Shown here piece by piece: positions 1 through 10,502 of a stretch of 64,000 nucleotides of DNA; within the stretch, counting starts at the first letter, position 1, and every line of letters begins with the position of its first letter. The notes under the pieces were generated by a model, which ran no database searches, was not told where the DNA came from, and saw only the letters and a program-made list of their open reading frames with translations. The translations under genes were made by a program, and so were the position numbers. The stretch comes from Meyerozyma guilliermondii (taxonomy: Eukaryota), in NCBI GenBank assembly GCA_051546255.1, contig CP128821.1, positions 1 through 64,000 of the forward strand, written 5' to 3'.

Positions 1-1
1 T

Positions 2-354
2 CCAGTACACCAGTACACCAGTACACCAGTACACCAGTACACCAGTACACCAGTACACCAGTACACCAGTACACCAGTACACCAGTACACCAGTACACCA
101 GTACACCAGTACACCAGTACACCAGTACACCAGTACACCAGTACACCAGTACACCAGTACACCAGTACACCAGTACACCAGTACACCAGTACACCAGTAC
201 ACCAGTACACCAGTACACCAGTACACCAGTACACCAGTACACCAGTACACCAGTACACCAGTACACCAGTACACCAGTACACCAGTACACCAGTACACCA
301 GTACACCAGTACACCAGTACACCAGTACACCAGTACACCAGTACACCAGTACAC
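2..354. repeat. Telomeric repeat array (CCAGTACA)n, about 44 copies; left chromosome end
   Basis: Perfect 8-bp tandem array from the first bases of the window. The G-strand ACTGGTGT matches the known Candida/Meyerozyma guilliermondii telomere repeat. Confidence 0.97.
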
Positions 355-1560
355 TGCTGTGGTATTAATCATAATCTGTATTGGCTGCCCTATAAAGAAG
401 TAATGGCACACGAAGGTTCGAATAACAAATTGGGAATGTTATACATCCCATTCGCTAGGCTCATCAGTCTGTTATTCGTCGCTAAGTGTCCAACTCGAAA
501 ATAAAATAACAATTTATTTAAGACAATATACCGGAACTTTTCCTTTGGCTTCTCACAAAACTGTCGCGTTGTTCCGAACATTCAATATTCATGCAGGCTG
601 TCAGTTTTTCTGATGCTTCCATGCATGGTATTGAATCATGCATTTGCTGAGGGCGCGGTGCATGCACCTAATCGAGGGTTGTTGATACAATATGCAGTAG
701 TGGTAGCGATCTCGGTTGTATGCAGTACTCGGGTACCCTACTGCGTCGGAGATAGCGTAGATCTTTTAAGTTCTGGACCTTGCATGCATATTAGTATGCA
801 CCCTACGTTCCTTTAAAGCATCTGACTTCACTTAGTGGGGTACTCGCTGTCAACTTCCAAATCCGGTTAATAGGTATTAATCGGAGCCTATATCATATTA
901 AACTAAGTTTAGACTTTCTTTGAGGCTTTTATGGTTGTTCTGTCTTATTCACTACGTCAGAAATTGTTCTACGACTGCAATTTCCACGAACAATTTTCCA
1001 CAAAAGGTGTGAGCTTAACGACAGTGATGTCGCAGAACCTTGACAGTAAATGCAGGAATGTGTCTTTTACTGATGGTGTGTAACGATTAAATCTTAGACT
1101 AAGAGATCATTCAAGCTCTTATATATATGATCGAACTAGAGTCTAAGTTGATTTTTTTTTTTGAACCGTATGAATTCCACATTTTAGATCTAACTATTAC
1201 AAAGTGTCAAACAATCTTTGATGCCTTACATATATATTGGGTGCACAACGTCAAAATGTCAAAATTTTGCTTAAAATTAAAAATCTTAAATTTCCCTAAA
1301 AAAGTAAAATTGTACTACCTCTCTGGAACAGAATGAGCCCATAAAACGACATATTGTGCAATTGATTCGAGTATTGGATACAAAAAGTGAAACCAGCGAC
1401 ATTTCACTGCCATAATTGAGCACAGAATTGAGCCTATTAAAAATGCAACTAGCGTTACTCGATAAGTTGAATGCGGTGTCCAGGAAGGCAATGATAGGAT
1501 ACAAGAGCATGAAGGAACTAATAATAAAAAATTGAATAGGTAGAAACTAGAAAAAAATAA

Positions 1561-1643
1561 TGACTCCGACGCGATTCGAACGCGTGCATCTTTACGATAA
1601 CAGAACTTGAGTCTGCCGCCTTAAACCACTCGGCCACAGAGCC
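1561..1643 (-). tRNA. tRNA-Leu(CAA), intronless, long variable arm
   Basis: Reverse complement is GGCTCTG TGGCCGAGTGGTTTAAGGC GGCAGA CTCAAGT TCTGT TATCGTAAAGATG CACGC GTTCGAATC GCGT CGGAGTC A. It has an acceptor stem GGCTCTG/CGGAGTC, A and B boxes, a CAA anticodon, and a T-run Pol III terminator directly downstream (1551-1557). Confidence 0.95.
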
Positions 1644-2014
1644 ACTTGTTAGAAGAGATCTCTCGGCAGTGAAGACCTGTTGGTGTTACATATGTCCAAA
1701 GAGACTTCTTTTCAAAAAATCTCAAGAATTGCAACCATTTTTCAGGTCGTGACTTTGGTACACAATGTGTGTAAAAGAAACCAAATGAGTTCAATTGGCC
1801 CGATTTCTAACATTTGTATTGAGGCTCGAAAGCAGTGCAAGTTAGTTGGTTTATTCAAAATTGTCAAGAAAAATGTTAAAAAAGTAACATTTTGTGATGT
1901 GAAGAAATACAGATTTTTGTATTGCATCAAAAAGACCAATTTAAAACATAGTTTCATACATTTCTGGCTGCCAGTCATTAACTCTGAATACTAAATCGAG
2001 TTTTTTTTTTTATG

Positions 2015-2038
2015 TTAAACCACTCGGCCACAGAGCCA
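2015..2038 (-). repeat. 24-bp exact copy of the 5' end of tRNA-Leu(CAA) (A-box fragment)
   Basis: ttaaaccactcggccacagagcca at 2015-2038 is identical to 1621-1644. Confidence 0.9.
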
Positions 2039-2424
2039 GTTTCTAAAGGGACCCGATCACAGACCCGATCATTCCCGCACTATTCCAGTGCACAGGCTGC
2101 TACCATCTAGCTGAACTTGAGGAAATGTGAGGTTATTCACAAAAGTTAAAATATTGCCTCACCATATGTTGTGAGCCGCACAAAATGGCTGCAAATTTAA
2201 TTGATAAATGGTCTGGGCTGGTATATTTAAGTTTGACAAAAGTGGTGCCAATTACTATTAAGTAGTTTACGACTCATTCAAAATTGACCTGTTCAAGTTC
2301 TACTCAAATTTTGCAATTTCAAAATTTTGCAATATTATACAAAATCGATCTTCATCTATGATTTAGTGCGAATGGATTCCTGGCATACTTAAGAGGAGTT
2401 CTAGCTGTTCTTTTGGTCTGAACT

Positions 2425-4479
2425 TCACAGCAATTGTCTGTAAAAGTCTGTATTGGGATACCTGTGGAAATCTTCTATTTTACACGGCCCAGGATATTCC
2501 AAAATTTGAAGGTTAACTGGTAATTTTGAAAGGTCGATCTCTTTAACCCATCCTAGACGTAGTTGTGTGAGTTTCTCAGCTCCAACTAAATCAAATGGAA
2601 ATTTCCCAAATCCATCTCCTGTGAGATCAAGGAATCTTAGCTCCAGATCCTTTGGTATCGTAAGACCCCAAAGTCTTGAATTTTCATTGAGGTATAGTGT
2701 TTCAACAAGGGAGTTGACATTTAAGAATCTCATTTGGTTAAGTCCCAAGTCTAGAAAAGTTACTGTTGGCGGAATGGTGAGATCATCGATGTTGTGCAAA
2801 TTATTTAGGAGCAAGGTTAGTGATTTCAAGCCGAAGGGTAACTCAATAATTTTGTCGTCGATTTTAGTTAGACGACAATTGCTCATATTCAATTCTTTCA
2901 ATCTTGATCCTTTGGAAAACCTGACTCCATTCATACCTGACAAGTTTAATTCGCTAAGGTTTAGTTCTTGAATTGATGATGGGAATGTGTAGTTTTGAAG
3001 AGCTCCAGTCCCAGCTCTGCAAAGGTCTAAAAGCTTGACATTCGAAGGCAATTCAGACATCTGGGAGATATCTAGCTTGTTTTCACTGAGCATAAGTACC
3101 TTGACACAAGCTGGAAGTTTTGGAATTGAAGTCAACTTATTTTTGTTCAAGTCGAGATGCTGAAGAAAAGGAGCTTCAATTCGAACTTCCTTTATTTTAT
3201 TGTATTTTAAGCACAAGTGTTCACAGCAAGGAAGAAAAGCATTGAATGATGAAAGCTTATTTCTCGCAAGTGAAAGGTTTTTCAATTGTGCTGGTTTTAG
3301 CCAGCCGGTAGTCAGAGTAATATCACACAGCTCCACTTCGAGGTCAATCAATTTTGGTGGAAATTCAACTTTGGTCAAGTCTTTAAACTTAGCAGATGTG
3401 ATGGAAAGTTTGAGCAAATTCAGAGGAAATTCTAAGCTGTCGATCTCACCTGGCAGATACAATATAAGTTCGAGCAAATTGAGCGGTAATTTACAACTGT
3501 TGATGTTACCTGATGGCTCCCACAATATAAGAGATCTCATATGGCTAAAAGCAGTCAAGGTTTCAAGGTTTTCACCATTTATGGAGTATAATGAGCATAG
3601 CTGCGTGGGAACCCTAGCAGAAATGGAACCAACCAATTTAAGACTTTTCATTTTGGAGCCAAGCTTGGAGAAGATTTCATCCTCATCTGTTACTCCTTGA
3701 CCGATACAAGAAAAATGTTCTAAATGTTCATTCCAGAGACTTCTGACTAGCGAGGAGCAATTGAAAGGTTCTAGTGTGCATTCTAGAGCCAAAACTTTGA
3801 GAGCTTTTAGTTTTAGATGGGACTCACTCATTCTTATGCAACACCTTGATGCTACTAATTTTACCAAATTAGTCGGTAATGAGCTGAAAGTCACCTGGTC
3901 GAGATATACATTCTTCAAGCTGAGGTGGTTGTGGTCAACGCTTATTTCGCAATTATAGCCATAAAAAGTTTCCAATCTCGGGAAATTGTTTAAATCGATA
4001 CAACGCTCAAAATGAATATAAGAAGTTTTCAATGAAAGGCAAGTAATTTTGAGATTGATATCATGGTCTGACAAAATAGGATAGTATTGGAACGCCCCAT
4101 CTTCGAGGTCGGCATGGATACCTAGCTTTTGGCCGTTGCAAACCAAGTTGATTTCATCGAGATTTTGGTGCATTTCAAAAATATTTTTCCATGTAAAATG
4201 GAACCAAAGAGGACATTTGAGTGACTTTTCTTCGAGAATCTTGTGTATTCGTAGAAACCGGTCGAAATCAGTTTCATAGTAGGCTTCAGTACTTTCAACC
4301 CTTTCCTTTTCGACCCCTCGAACACGCTTTGAATACCATAAATTATCAAGGTTTTCAGCTGCAGCTTGTAGTATATTATCAGAAATGTTCTCCAATAGTA
4401 TTATATCGGTGAGTAATTCTGCGCTCGAGTATGAAAAGCAACGTGCAACTATTTCATAAGGTAGAGTATTTAGGCTCAT
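2425..4479 (-). CDS. Subtelomeric leucine-rich-repeat protein with F-box-like N-terminus (resembles the CTG-clade IFA/LPF-type family)
   Basis: 684-aa ORF. N-terminal LNTLPYEIVARCFSY is F-box-like. Many LxxLxLxxNxL and LP/FPxxLxxL repeats. Confidence 0.8.
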   Translation of the reverse strand: MSLNTLPYEIVARCFSYSSAELLTDIILLENISDNILQAAAENLDNLWYSKRVRGVEKERVESTEAYYETDFDRFLRIHKILEEKSLKCPLWFHFTWKNIFEMHQNLDEINLVCNGQKLGIHADLEDGAFQYYPILSDHDINLKITCLSLKTSYIHFERCIDLNNFPRLETFYGYNCEISVDHNHLSLKNVYLDQVTFSSLPTNLVKLVASRCCIRMSESHLKLKALKVLALECTLEPFNCSSLVRSLWNEHLEHFSCIGQGVTDEDEIFSKLGSKMKSLKLVGSISARVPTQLCSLYSINGENLETLTAFSHMRSLILWEPSGNINSCKLPLNLLELILYLPGEIDSLEFPLNLLKLSITSAKFKDLTKVEFPPKLIDLEVELCDITLTTGWLKPAQLKNLSLARNKLSSFNAFLPCCEHLCLKYNKIKEVRIEAPFLQHLDLNKNKLTSIPKLPACVKVLMLSENKLDISQMSELPSNVKLLDLCRAGTGALQNYTFPSSIQELNLSELNLSGMNGVRFSKGSRLKELNMSNCRLTKIDDKIIELPFGLKSLTLLLNNLHNIDDLTIPPTVTFLDLGLNQMRFLNVNSLVETLYLNENSRLWGLTIPKDLELRFLDLTGDGFGKFPFDLVGAEKLTQLRLGWVKEIDLSKLPVNLQILEYPGPCKIEDFHRYPNTDFYRQLL

Positions 4480-5501
4480 TATAAACTTTCAGGGGTACAT
4501 AGCCACGGAAAAAAAGGTGTTCAGATTATATTGCGTTATCATGCATCAAGCTACACCATCTCGCATGAAGTGTGACACCACCAAGAAAAACATTGAACAC
4601 TTGAGAAACACCTACATAGATCTACCAACCCCTAGTGACCAAAGAAGTCTTTTAGTATCATCCAACAATATCTAATTTTGGTTCAGGAATCTACCATATG
4701 TCGCACCACAATTGGCTGCAAATTAATCATTGAGAAAATTTTGCAACAAGCTGATGCACATAATGAGATAGCGATTGTTGCAACTGCCTTGCTTAAGAAA
4801 ATTTTCAACAATGACTGGTTATACGTATCGAGGTGATTTTCATCGCTTGTAAATTTAAAGGTATATCGAAAAATTCAGTATTTGCGATTGTGAAAGTTCT
4901 CAGGATCTAGCTGTATACCGTCACTAATATTTTCATTTTAGAAGCAACATTGGATTATTGTCCGAAGTCCTTAACAAACAGAAGAGGGTCTTCTTCTACT
5001 ATGACGTTCAATTCATTCCACAGCCTTACGCCGATTCTTCCCAATCGGGTAATTTTTGCAACCATTATCCTGCACGCTCTATCCATGTCTGGCTTTACTA
5101 TTGAATACCGCAAGTTTAATGTGTATTCAGGTTTGTCTTGAAGATGGAATTATAAAAGTATACCGTATAAGCTGGTTTAAGCTATACTGTCTCCAACACC
5201 ATTGAACAGATACGCCGATTTATGGGTTACTTGAGATGTGCATCGAGCCAATACAATATGAGTGTTTCTAGAACTGTATCAATTCCTTCGATCAGTGCCA
5301 TACTTTGTCTGGTTCACCAAGATAGTTATTATTCTCGTTACAGGATACGCAAAGTAAATGAATCATACTTGCAAATATTGAAAAGAATTTGAGTGGTAGG
5401 TTACTGTGGAAATATAAGGTTGAACAATCAAGACTAACTTGTGTTTCGTAGAAATAAAGCTTGAAACAAAGACATCAATACATGTTTCTACCGAACTGAA
5501 C

Positions 5502-7015
5502 CTATGTAATATAACGAAAACCACGTTGTTGCATATCAGTCAAGTCCTGAAATTCTTCTTCGTCAATTTCTTTCGGCTCTTCACTCATCAATTTGTCTCT
5601 CCTCTTATTCTCACGCTTATAGTAAAGTCTAAGAATTTGAGGAAGAAAAACTAATAAGGCCCAAGTGACCATCATCATTCTGAAACCCTCTTCATAACCT
5701 GGTGCTTGTGACGTCTTGAAAAACTGAGGGGCAGCTATCATTCCAACACAATATGCAACAAATATCATTGCTCCGGAAACCGTTTTTTTGGTAAAACCAG
5801 ATATGTTTCGAGTCATAAGCGTAAAAATACCAACATCACTAGCGGTATTTGCATATTGAATCCAAAAAGCCACAAGCTTACCAGCTCTAGTTGAATTGGG
5901 GTGATTTGGTAACTTGTGTACCAATGCTGTACCAATGATACAAGGAAACATTGCAATGCTTTGCACATGACAAGCCGAATTAGGTACAATTCCAACAATA
6001 ATACCAGAAAATATTAAGAATAAACCTTGAACTACCCCAGAAGACATATTGATCAATACTGTCTGGAAAGAAGTGAAACCAAAAGACTGCAAGATAAGAT
6101 TTCCAAAATTTTGAATACCACCCGCTGGTAAACAACCAACAAACTCGATCAAAACTAGAAGCCAAACTTGTGGGTCAAGGAATGCCTCCTTACATTGATC
6201 CCACTTAAAAGTATTGTTTTTAATACCAGTTTTGTTTTCTCTAATCCGTTCAATTGCCACGAGCTTTTCCCTTTCATTCAAAAACTTGCATGATGCAATT
6301 GATTCGGGTAAGAAAAAATAGATGATGATTCCCCAAAAAAAAGTGATGATACCGTAAATGATATAGAACCATTTCCAGCTGGCTATGTTGGAATTTATAT
6401 GTCCCAATCCATAAGCAATCAAGCCACCAAAAATGACACCTATGGCATTACCACAGTACCAAATTGCAACACGAACTGGCTGTTCAGTTTTTTTATACCA
6501 CATTGAAGTTAAAATAACCCAAGCTGGAGAGACGGTGGCTTCACAAACTCCCAAGAAAAATCTAATACAGGCAAGACCAGCAAAGTTATGAGCAGCAGCG
6601 GTACATACCAAAATGACAGACCACATTACAAGACAAGCTCCAACATACTTTGAGATGGAAACCATTGAAAACAACGACTGGCAATAGGTTGACCAATTAG
6701 GTAGCCGAAATAAAATATGGAACCAGCCCATGAGTATTGTTGACCTTCCAAGTGTAAATCACCCAGTAAACCAAAAACAGAAGAGTTAGATAACGCATTT
6801 TTGTCGAGAAATTGCAAGATATACGAGCCAATCATAAAAGTCATCAAATGTAAATCAATCTTGAGAAGAACCTTTTTTTCTTCCTCTGGAGTATATTCGA
6901 CATGGTCAAGATCACCAAGAACTTCAAGAGCAACATCCACATTGGATTTTTCTTGAGAAAGATTTTTGTTTTCAACGCTCTTTGTCTCTACTTCAAACAT
7001 GTTTTTCGAATCCAT
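5502..7015 (-). pseudogene. Allantoate/dipeptide permease (DAL5-like MFS, anion:cation symporter family) split by a 1-bp frameshift near 6657 (pseudogene or assembly error)
   Basis: ORF 6626-7015 carries KIDLHL, LQFLDK and YSWAGSIFYFGYL. ORF 5502-6731 carries RFFLGVCEA, MWY-EQPVR and GFTKK. Adding one base at TTT CC(x) ATC TCA AAG restores a 504-aa protein (FQWFPISKYVG). Confidence 0.85.
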
Positions 7016-7160
7016 TTTATTTGTTTTTCAATTATAACTGATGAAAGAATAGTGAACACCTTGAAAAATGAGACTTAATGTCAAATAATGACAATGTGGG
7101 GCCTTCAATTTATCGATCTCCTTATAGCATGACGGCTTTGTCTTTAGATCTGAAAATCAT

Positions 7161-7242
7161 TGACTCAGTATCGAGATAACGTCCGAAATAGGAAGCTTCC
7201 CGATCTGGAACGCGATATCCCGTTTGGTATCTGCCCGATAAG
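7161..7242. promoter_or_regulatory. Gcn4-type TGACTCA site and GATA (nitrogen-catabolite) sites upstream of the DAL5-like gene
   Basis: TGACTCA at 7161-7167, GATAAC at 7175-7180, GATAAG at 7237-7242. Confidence 0.5.
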
Positions 7243-7310
7243 ACGATGGGAATTCAGTTCATTCGAACTTAGCAAAATATGTAAATTGTAGTAGTTTATT
7301 CAATACATAA

Positions 7311-10094
7311 TCAACTGTAGAGATCAATCGCTGGTTCCAAATCAGGATACACTTTAAATAGAGTTCCTCCGTCAATCAAAGCAGCAATTCGAGATCCATA
7401 CGCTAATGGAAAGCCCTCAGATATGATTAATGAGGGAGATTTCGAGACTGTAAGATTGAAGATTTCTTCCATATTAGTGGAAATCATCTTGATAATTTCG
7501 TTTTTTGAAATTCCAGCCAAAGATGCCGCAAGACCAGAATCATGTAAAAGCAAACGAACTTTTGTATCGTCATCGGAACTAAGTCCCGTTTTTACCCCAG
7601 CTTTCACAAGCGATGAGAGAAGACTTCCTTGACCCGCTAAACCAGTAAGACATCTTCTTTCATCCCAATATTTTCTTTGACATTGCCATGGAGATACAAC
7701 AACTGGAACATTATTTGCAGCCAATTCAGTAGCCAACAAATGTGACTCAATACCTCCAACTATGATGATATAAATACCGAGCTCTTGTTTCAACCGAAGT
7801 AGATGTAGCATGACATCTTTGTTATTTGTATGGATAGCCAATGGGAGCTCATTTCTTGCAGCTCTACCGTAGAAATTGTCTTCGTTGCGATTCTTGATCA
7901 ATACTGTTCTCAAAGTTGATATCTGAGAAGAAATAGTAGGCACAAATACTTGCTTTCCCATATCACCAATGGTAATGTGTAGAGCAACTTCTCCCTTTAA
8001 AACGGAAGAAAAATCATCAGAATTCGACTTGAAAGCAGTGCTGACTCCGGCCATAAACATTTTTCCTTCACCTCTAGCAGGTGGAGTTATAATGTTCCCG
8101 ATACCTGTCGCAAAAGCTCTTATCAAATGAACACTTCCAAATTGAAGTCCATCATTAGCAATAGGAATGTTATCTGGAATTCTGAAATCACCTAGTTGCC
8201 CATCGTCCATCGCTTCCATGAGAATGCCATCTCCTGTTGAAGATTCCAAATTCATTTCGTTAAGACCATGACTTGGAGTAAGCGTTGTAAGCATTGGTGA
8301 AATATGGCCATCTTCAAGATGTATTTTAGGAATTTTTTGATTTGTTGAATAAAGTTCCGAACAATCCAGCTGAAAACATACGATAGTACCATTTGCAATA
8401 AAAAGTTCCCATGGCTCTGAGTTGGGTAATTTCCCAATGGAAGTATCATACGACGCAGTAACACCAGTAAAAAGCACAGTCGACAGGTTTTCAAGCTCTC
8501 TTTTATAAATTTCTTCATCGGTAAATTCTGGAATAGATTTAGGAGCAAGTGCCAATTCTGATTTTGCAACTATAGGCAAATCGACAGCCGGCACTCCATC
8601 AATGAAAACTTTTAAAGGTTTAGCTCCCATTTGAAGAGGATGATCACTCCATATAACAACATCGGCATCATATCCTTTTCTCAAATAACCAAATCTGTCA
8701 TCTAATTTCAAACCTTTTGCAGCTTCCCCAGTGATACTAGCTATGGCCTTCTCAGCGGACAAACCATAATGGTGAGCAACTTGAGCCTGAGAAAGTAACG
8801 ATTGTTGAGGTAGAGCAGGATGGTCTGTAGTTAATACCACACTCAAATTGTTCTTCTCTAAGATCTTTGGTGCAAAGACACTTGCTTGAAATGCTTCTTT
8901 TTTGAATCCCCACTGTGAAGCAAAAGTAGCCAAAGTTATATTATAAGGCTGGTCTTTGATTATTTTCGGAATCAAGTATGCATCTAAAGAGTGGTGCAAG
9001 GCATTGATCTCAATTTGATATTCTTTTGCATGGCGCAACAAAGTTTCAATATCGTAAGTTTCGTAGCAATGGGCATTTGACAAAACCTTACCTCTCATGA
9101 GGTCAACCAACATGTTCAATTCATCGTCTAATGGGAACGCAGTAGTAGGCATTTCTTTGTCTTGAAGTACCGAATCACACCACGCATCCTGGGCATTCTT
9201 TAAAACTTTAGCTCTATCCATGGTGTGACGGAAGAGATGTCCAAGACCCATTCTGCTCTTGGGTGCTTCTGGACGAGTCTTGTAACGTCTTTTAGGATTT
9301 TCCCCACAAGCCATTTTCATCCAGCGCTGTTTCAAGCCCGTATCTTCATATTGGACTAGCATTTCTTCAACAGAATTAGAGGGAGGAACCATCATCTTGA
9401 AAACATACCCTTCCCCGGAAATCAAATTGGCACTTGGGAGAATTAGTGCAGCAGTTACTCCACTATCCGAAGCCAATTGTATAGCAGGATCACCAATGTT
9501 GAAAGCATCAATTGTTCTTGTGAAAGGAGTTACAGGACTCATGGTTTCAAACATGTCATTATTACCTTTCAATTCAGGCTGGCTGCAAATTCCAATATGA
9601 GAATGCATCTCAACAAGTCCAGGAGTAATATAATGATTGTTGGCATCAATTCTGGAGGTGATTGCATTTTTTGAATTCAAATAATCCTCAAGTTGGGTAC
9701 TAGAAGCTGAACCTGACCTCATCACAGAATGTACAAGTCCTTGCCTGATAAATATATCCATCTTGTGCTCACTAGTAGAACCATCTCCGTCGATTATCAA
9801 CCCATTCTTGATAATTGTATAAGAAGGAAAGCCATCAGAATGCCCATTTGCGAATAGTTCATATCGAGGATTGGTTTTTCTTTCGTTTGTGTTTAACATT
9901 TTTGGGATCTGATCTTTCGTCTTACAGTATTCCAAACCTTCCAGCAAAAATCTCTGACGAGTTGAATTCACTTCAATTTTGGTATTACGCTGAATGTTCG
10001 TGATGAAGACAAACAAGGACAACAAGAATGCCCACAAAAGTGCAAACTTGAATAGTTCATTTTTTCTGTCTTTCAAATCAGACGCTGCAAACAT
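7311..10094 (-). CDS. Membrane-anchored double-domain metal-dependent amidohydrolase (927 aa from first ATG)
   Basis: N-terminal hydrophobic anchor. Motifs TPGLVEMHSHIG (HxH), KMACGENPK, HCYE, LHH, TTDHP and GYDADVVIW. Second domain is degenerate and lacks HxH. First ATG at 10094. Confidence 0.85.
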   Translation of the reverse strand: MFAASDLKDRKNELFKFALLWAFLLSLFVFITNIQRNTKIEVNSTRQRFLLEGLEYCKTKDQIPKMLNTNERKTNPRYELFANGHSDGFPSYTIIKNGLIIDGDGSTSEHKMDIFIRQGLVHSVMRSGSASSTQLEDYLNSKNAITSRIDANNHYITPGLVEMHSHIGICSQPELKGNNDMFETMSPVTPFTRTIDAFNIGDPAIQLASDSGVTAALILPSANLISGEGYVFKMMVPPSNSVEEMLVQYEDTGLKQRWMKMACGENPKRRYKTRPEAPKSRMGLGHLFRHTMDRAKVLKNAQDAWCDSVLQDKEMPTTAFPLDDELNMLVDLMRGKVLSNAHCYETYDIETLLRHAKEYQIEINALHHSLDAYLIPKIIKDQPYNITLATFASQWGFKKEAFQASVFAPKILEKNNLSVVLTTDHPALPQQSLLSQAQVAHHYGLSAEKAIASITGEAAKGLKLDDRFGYLRKGYDADVVIWSDHPLQMGAKPLKVFIDGVPAVDLPIVAKSELALAPKSIPEFTDEEIYKRELENLSTVLFTGVTASYDTSIGKLPNSEPWELFIANGTIVCFQLDCSELYSTNQKIPKIHLEDGHISPMLTTLTPSHGLNEMNLESSTGDGILMEAMDDGQLGDFRIPDNIPIANDGLQFGSVHLIRAFATGIGNIITPPARGEGKMFMAGVSTAFKSNSDDFSSVLKGEVALHITIGDMGKQVFVPTISSQISTLRTVLIKNRNEDNFYGRAARNELPLAIHTNNKDVMLHLLRLKQELGIYIIIVGGIESHLLATELAANNVPVVVSPWQCQRKYWDERRCLTGLAGQGSLLSSLVKAGVKTGLSSDDDTKVRLLLHDSGLAASLAGISKNEIIKMISTNMEEIFNLTVSKSPSLIISEGFPLAYGSRIAALIDGGTLFKVYPDLEPAIDLYS

Positions 10095-10502
10095 ATTACT
10101 GATTTTCTCGTTGGTTCTAAATTTTAGCAAGAGTTAAATGAAGGGGAAGTCAAAACTCGCCGACAATGAGGAAAGTTGTTTCTTTTGGATTACTCTTGGT
10201 TCATGATACCATCCAATTACTGTCTAACTCATCCGCTATTTTAGGCAATTGCCATGTTCGGTAATTTGCGATAGGAAATAGAAGAGACCCAACAAACGTA
10301 CTCTATAGCTGTAGTAGCTTGAAAAACGTCTTTCATGAAACAACGTCACCTTGTTGGCTATTTCTTTCGCAATAGAAAGGTCATATTAGGAAGGTTCCTG
10401 ATTAGAATTATCTGCGCGCGCCGTTCATATTTCGCAACTGTAGATTGTAGATAAAGGGGAAACTAGTTCCGTACCCAATTGAACATTGGTTATCCAATTA
10501 AC

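Noticed and set aside
1..354. CRISPR or minisatellite interpretation of the terminal array
   Set aside because: No spacers; a terminal perfect 8-mer in a eukaryotic context is a telomere.
390..1510. Short ORFs and a TGCA/ATGCAT-rich patch (about 590-800) in the subtelomere
   Set aside because: No recognisable domains and no definable repeat unit. I cannot show that the enrichment is significant.
1645..2014. Non-LTR retrotransposon insertion with poly(A) tail and TSD
   Set aside because: The homopolymer is at the wrong end for a 3' poly(A) tail on either strand, and no RT sequence is present.
4930..5420. Possible gene remnant (open minus-strand stretch ..KPDMDRACRIMVAKITRLGRIG..)
   Set aside because: No recognisable homology, so it cannot be called a pseudogene without a database search.
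10095..10230. Possible upstream exon or intron for the first amidohydrolase (TTGCTAAAATTTAG)
   Set aside because: Poor branch point and no convincing in-frame donor; the ATG at 10094 is sufficient.
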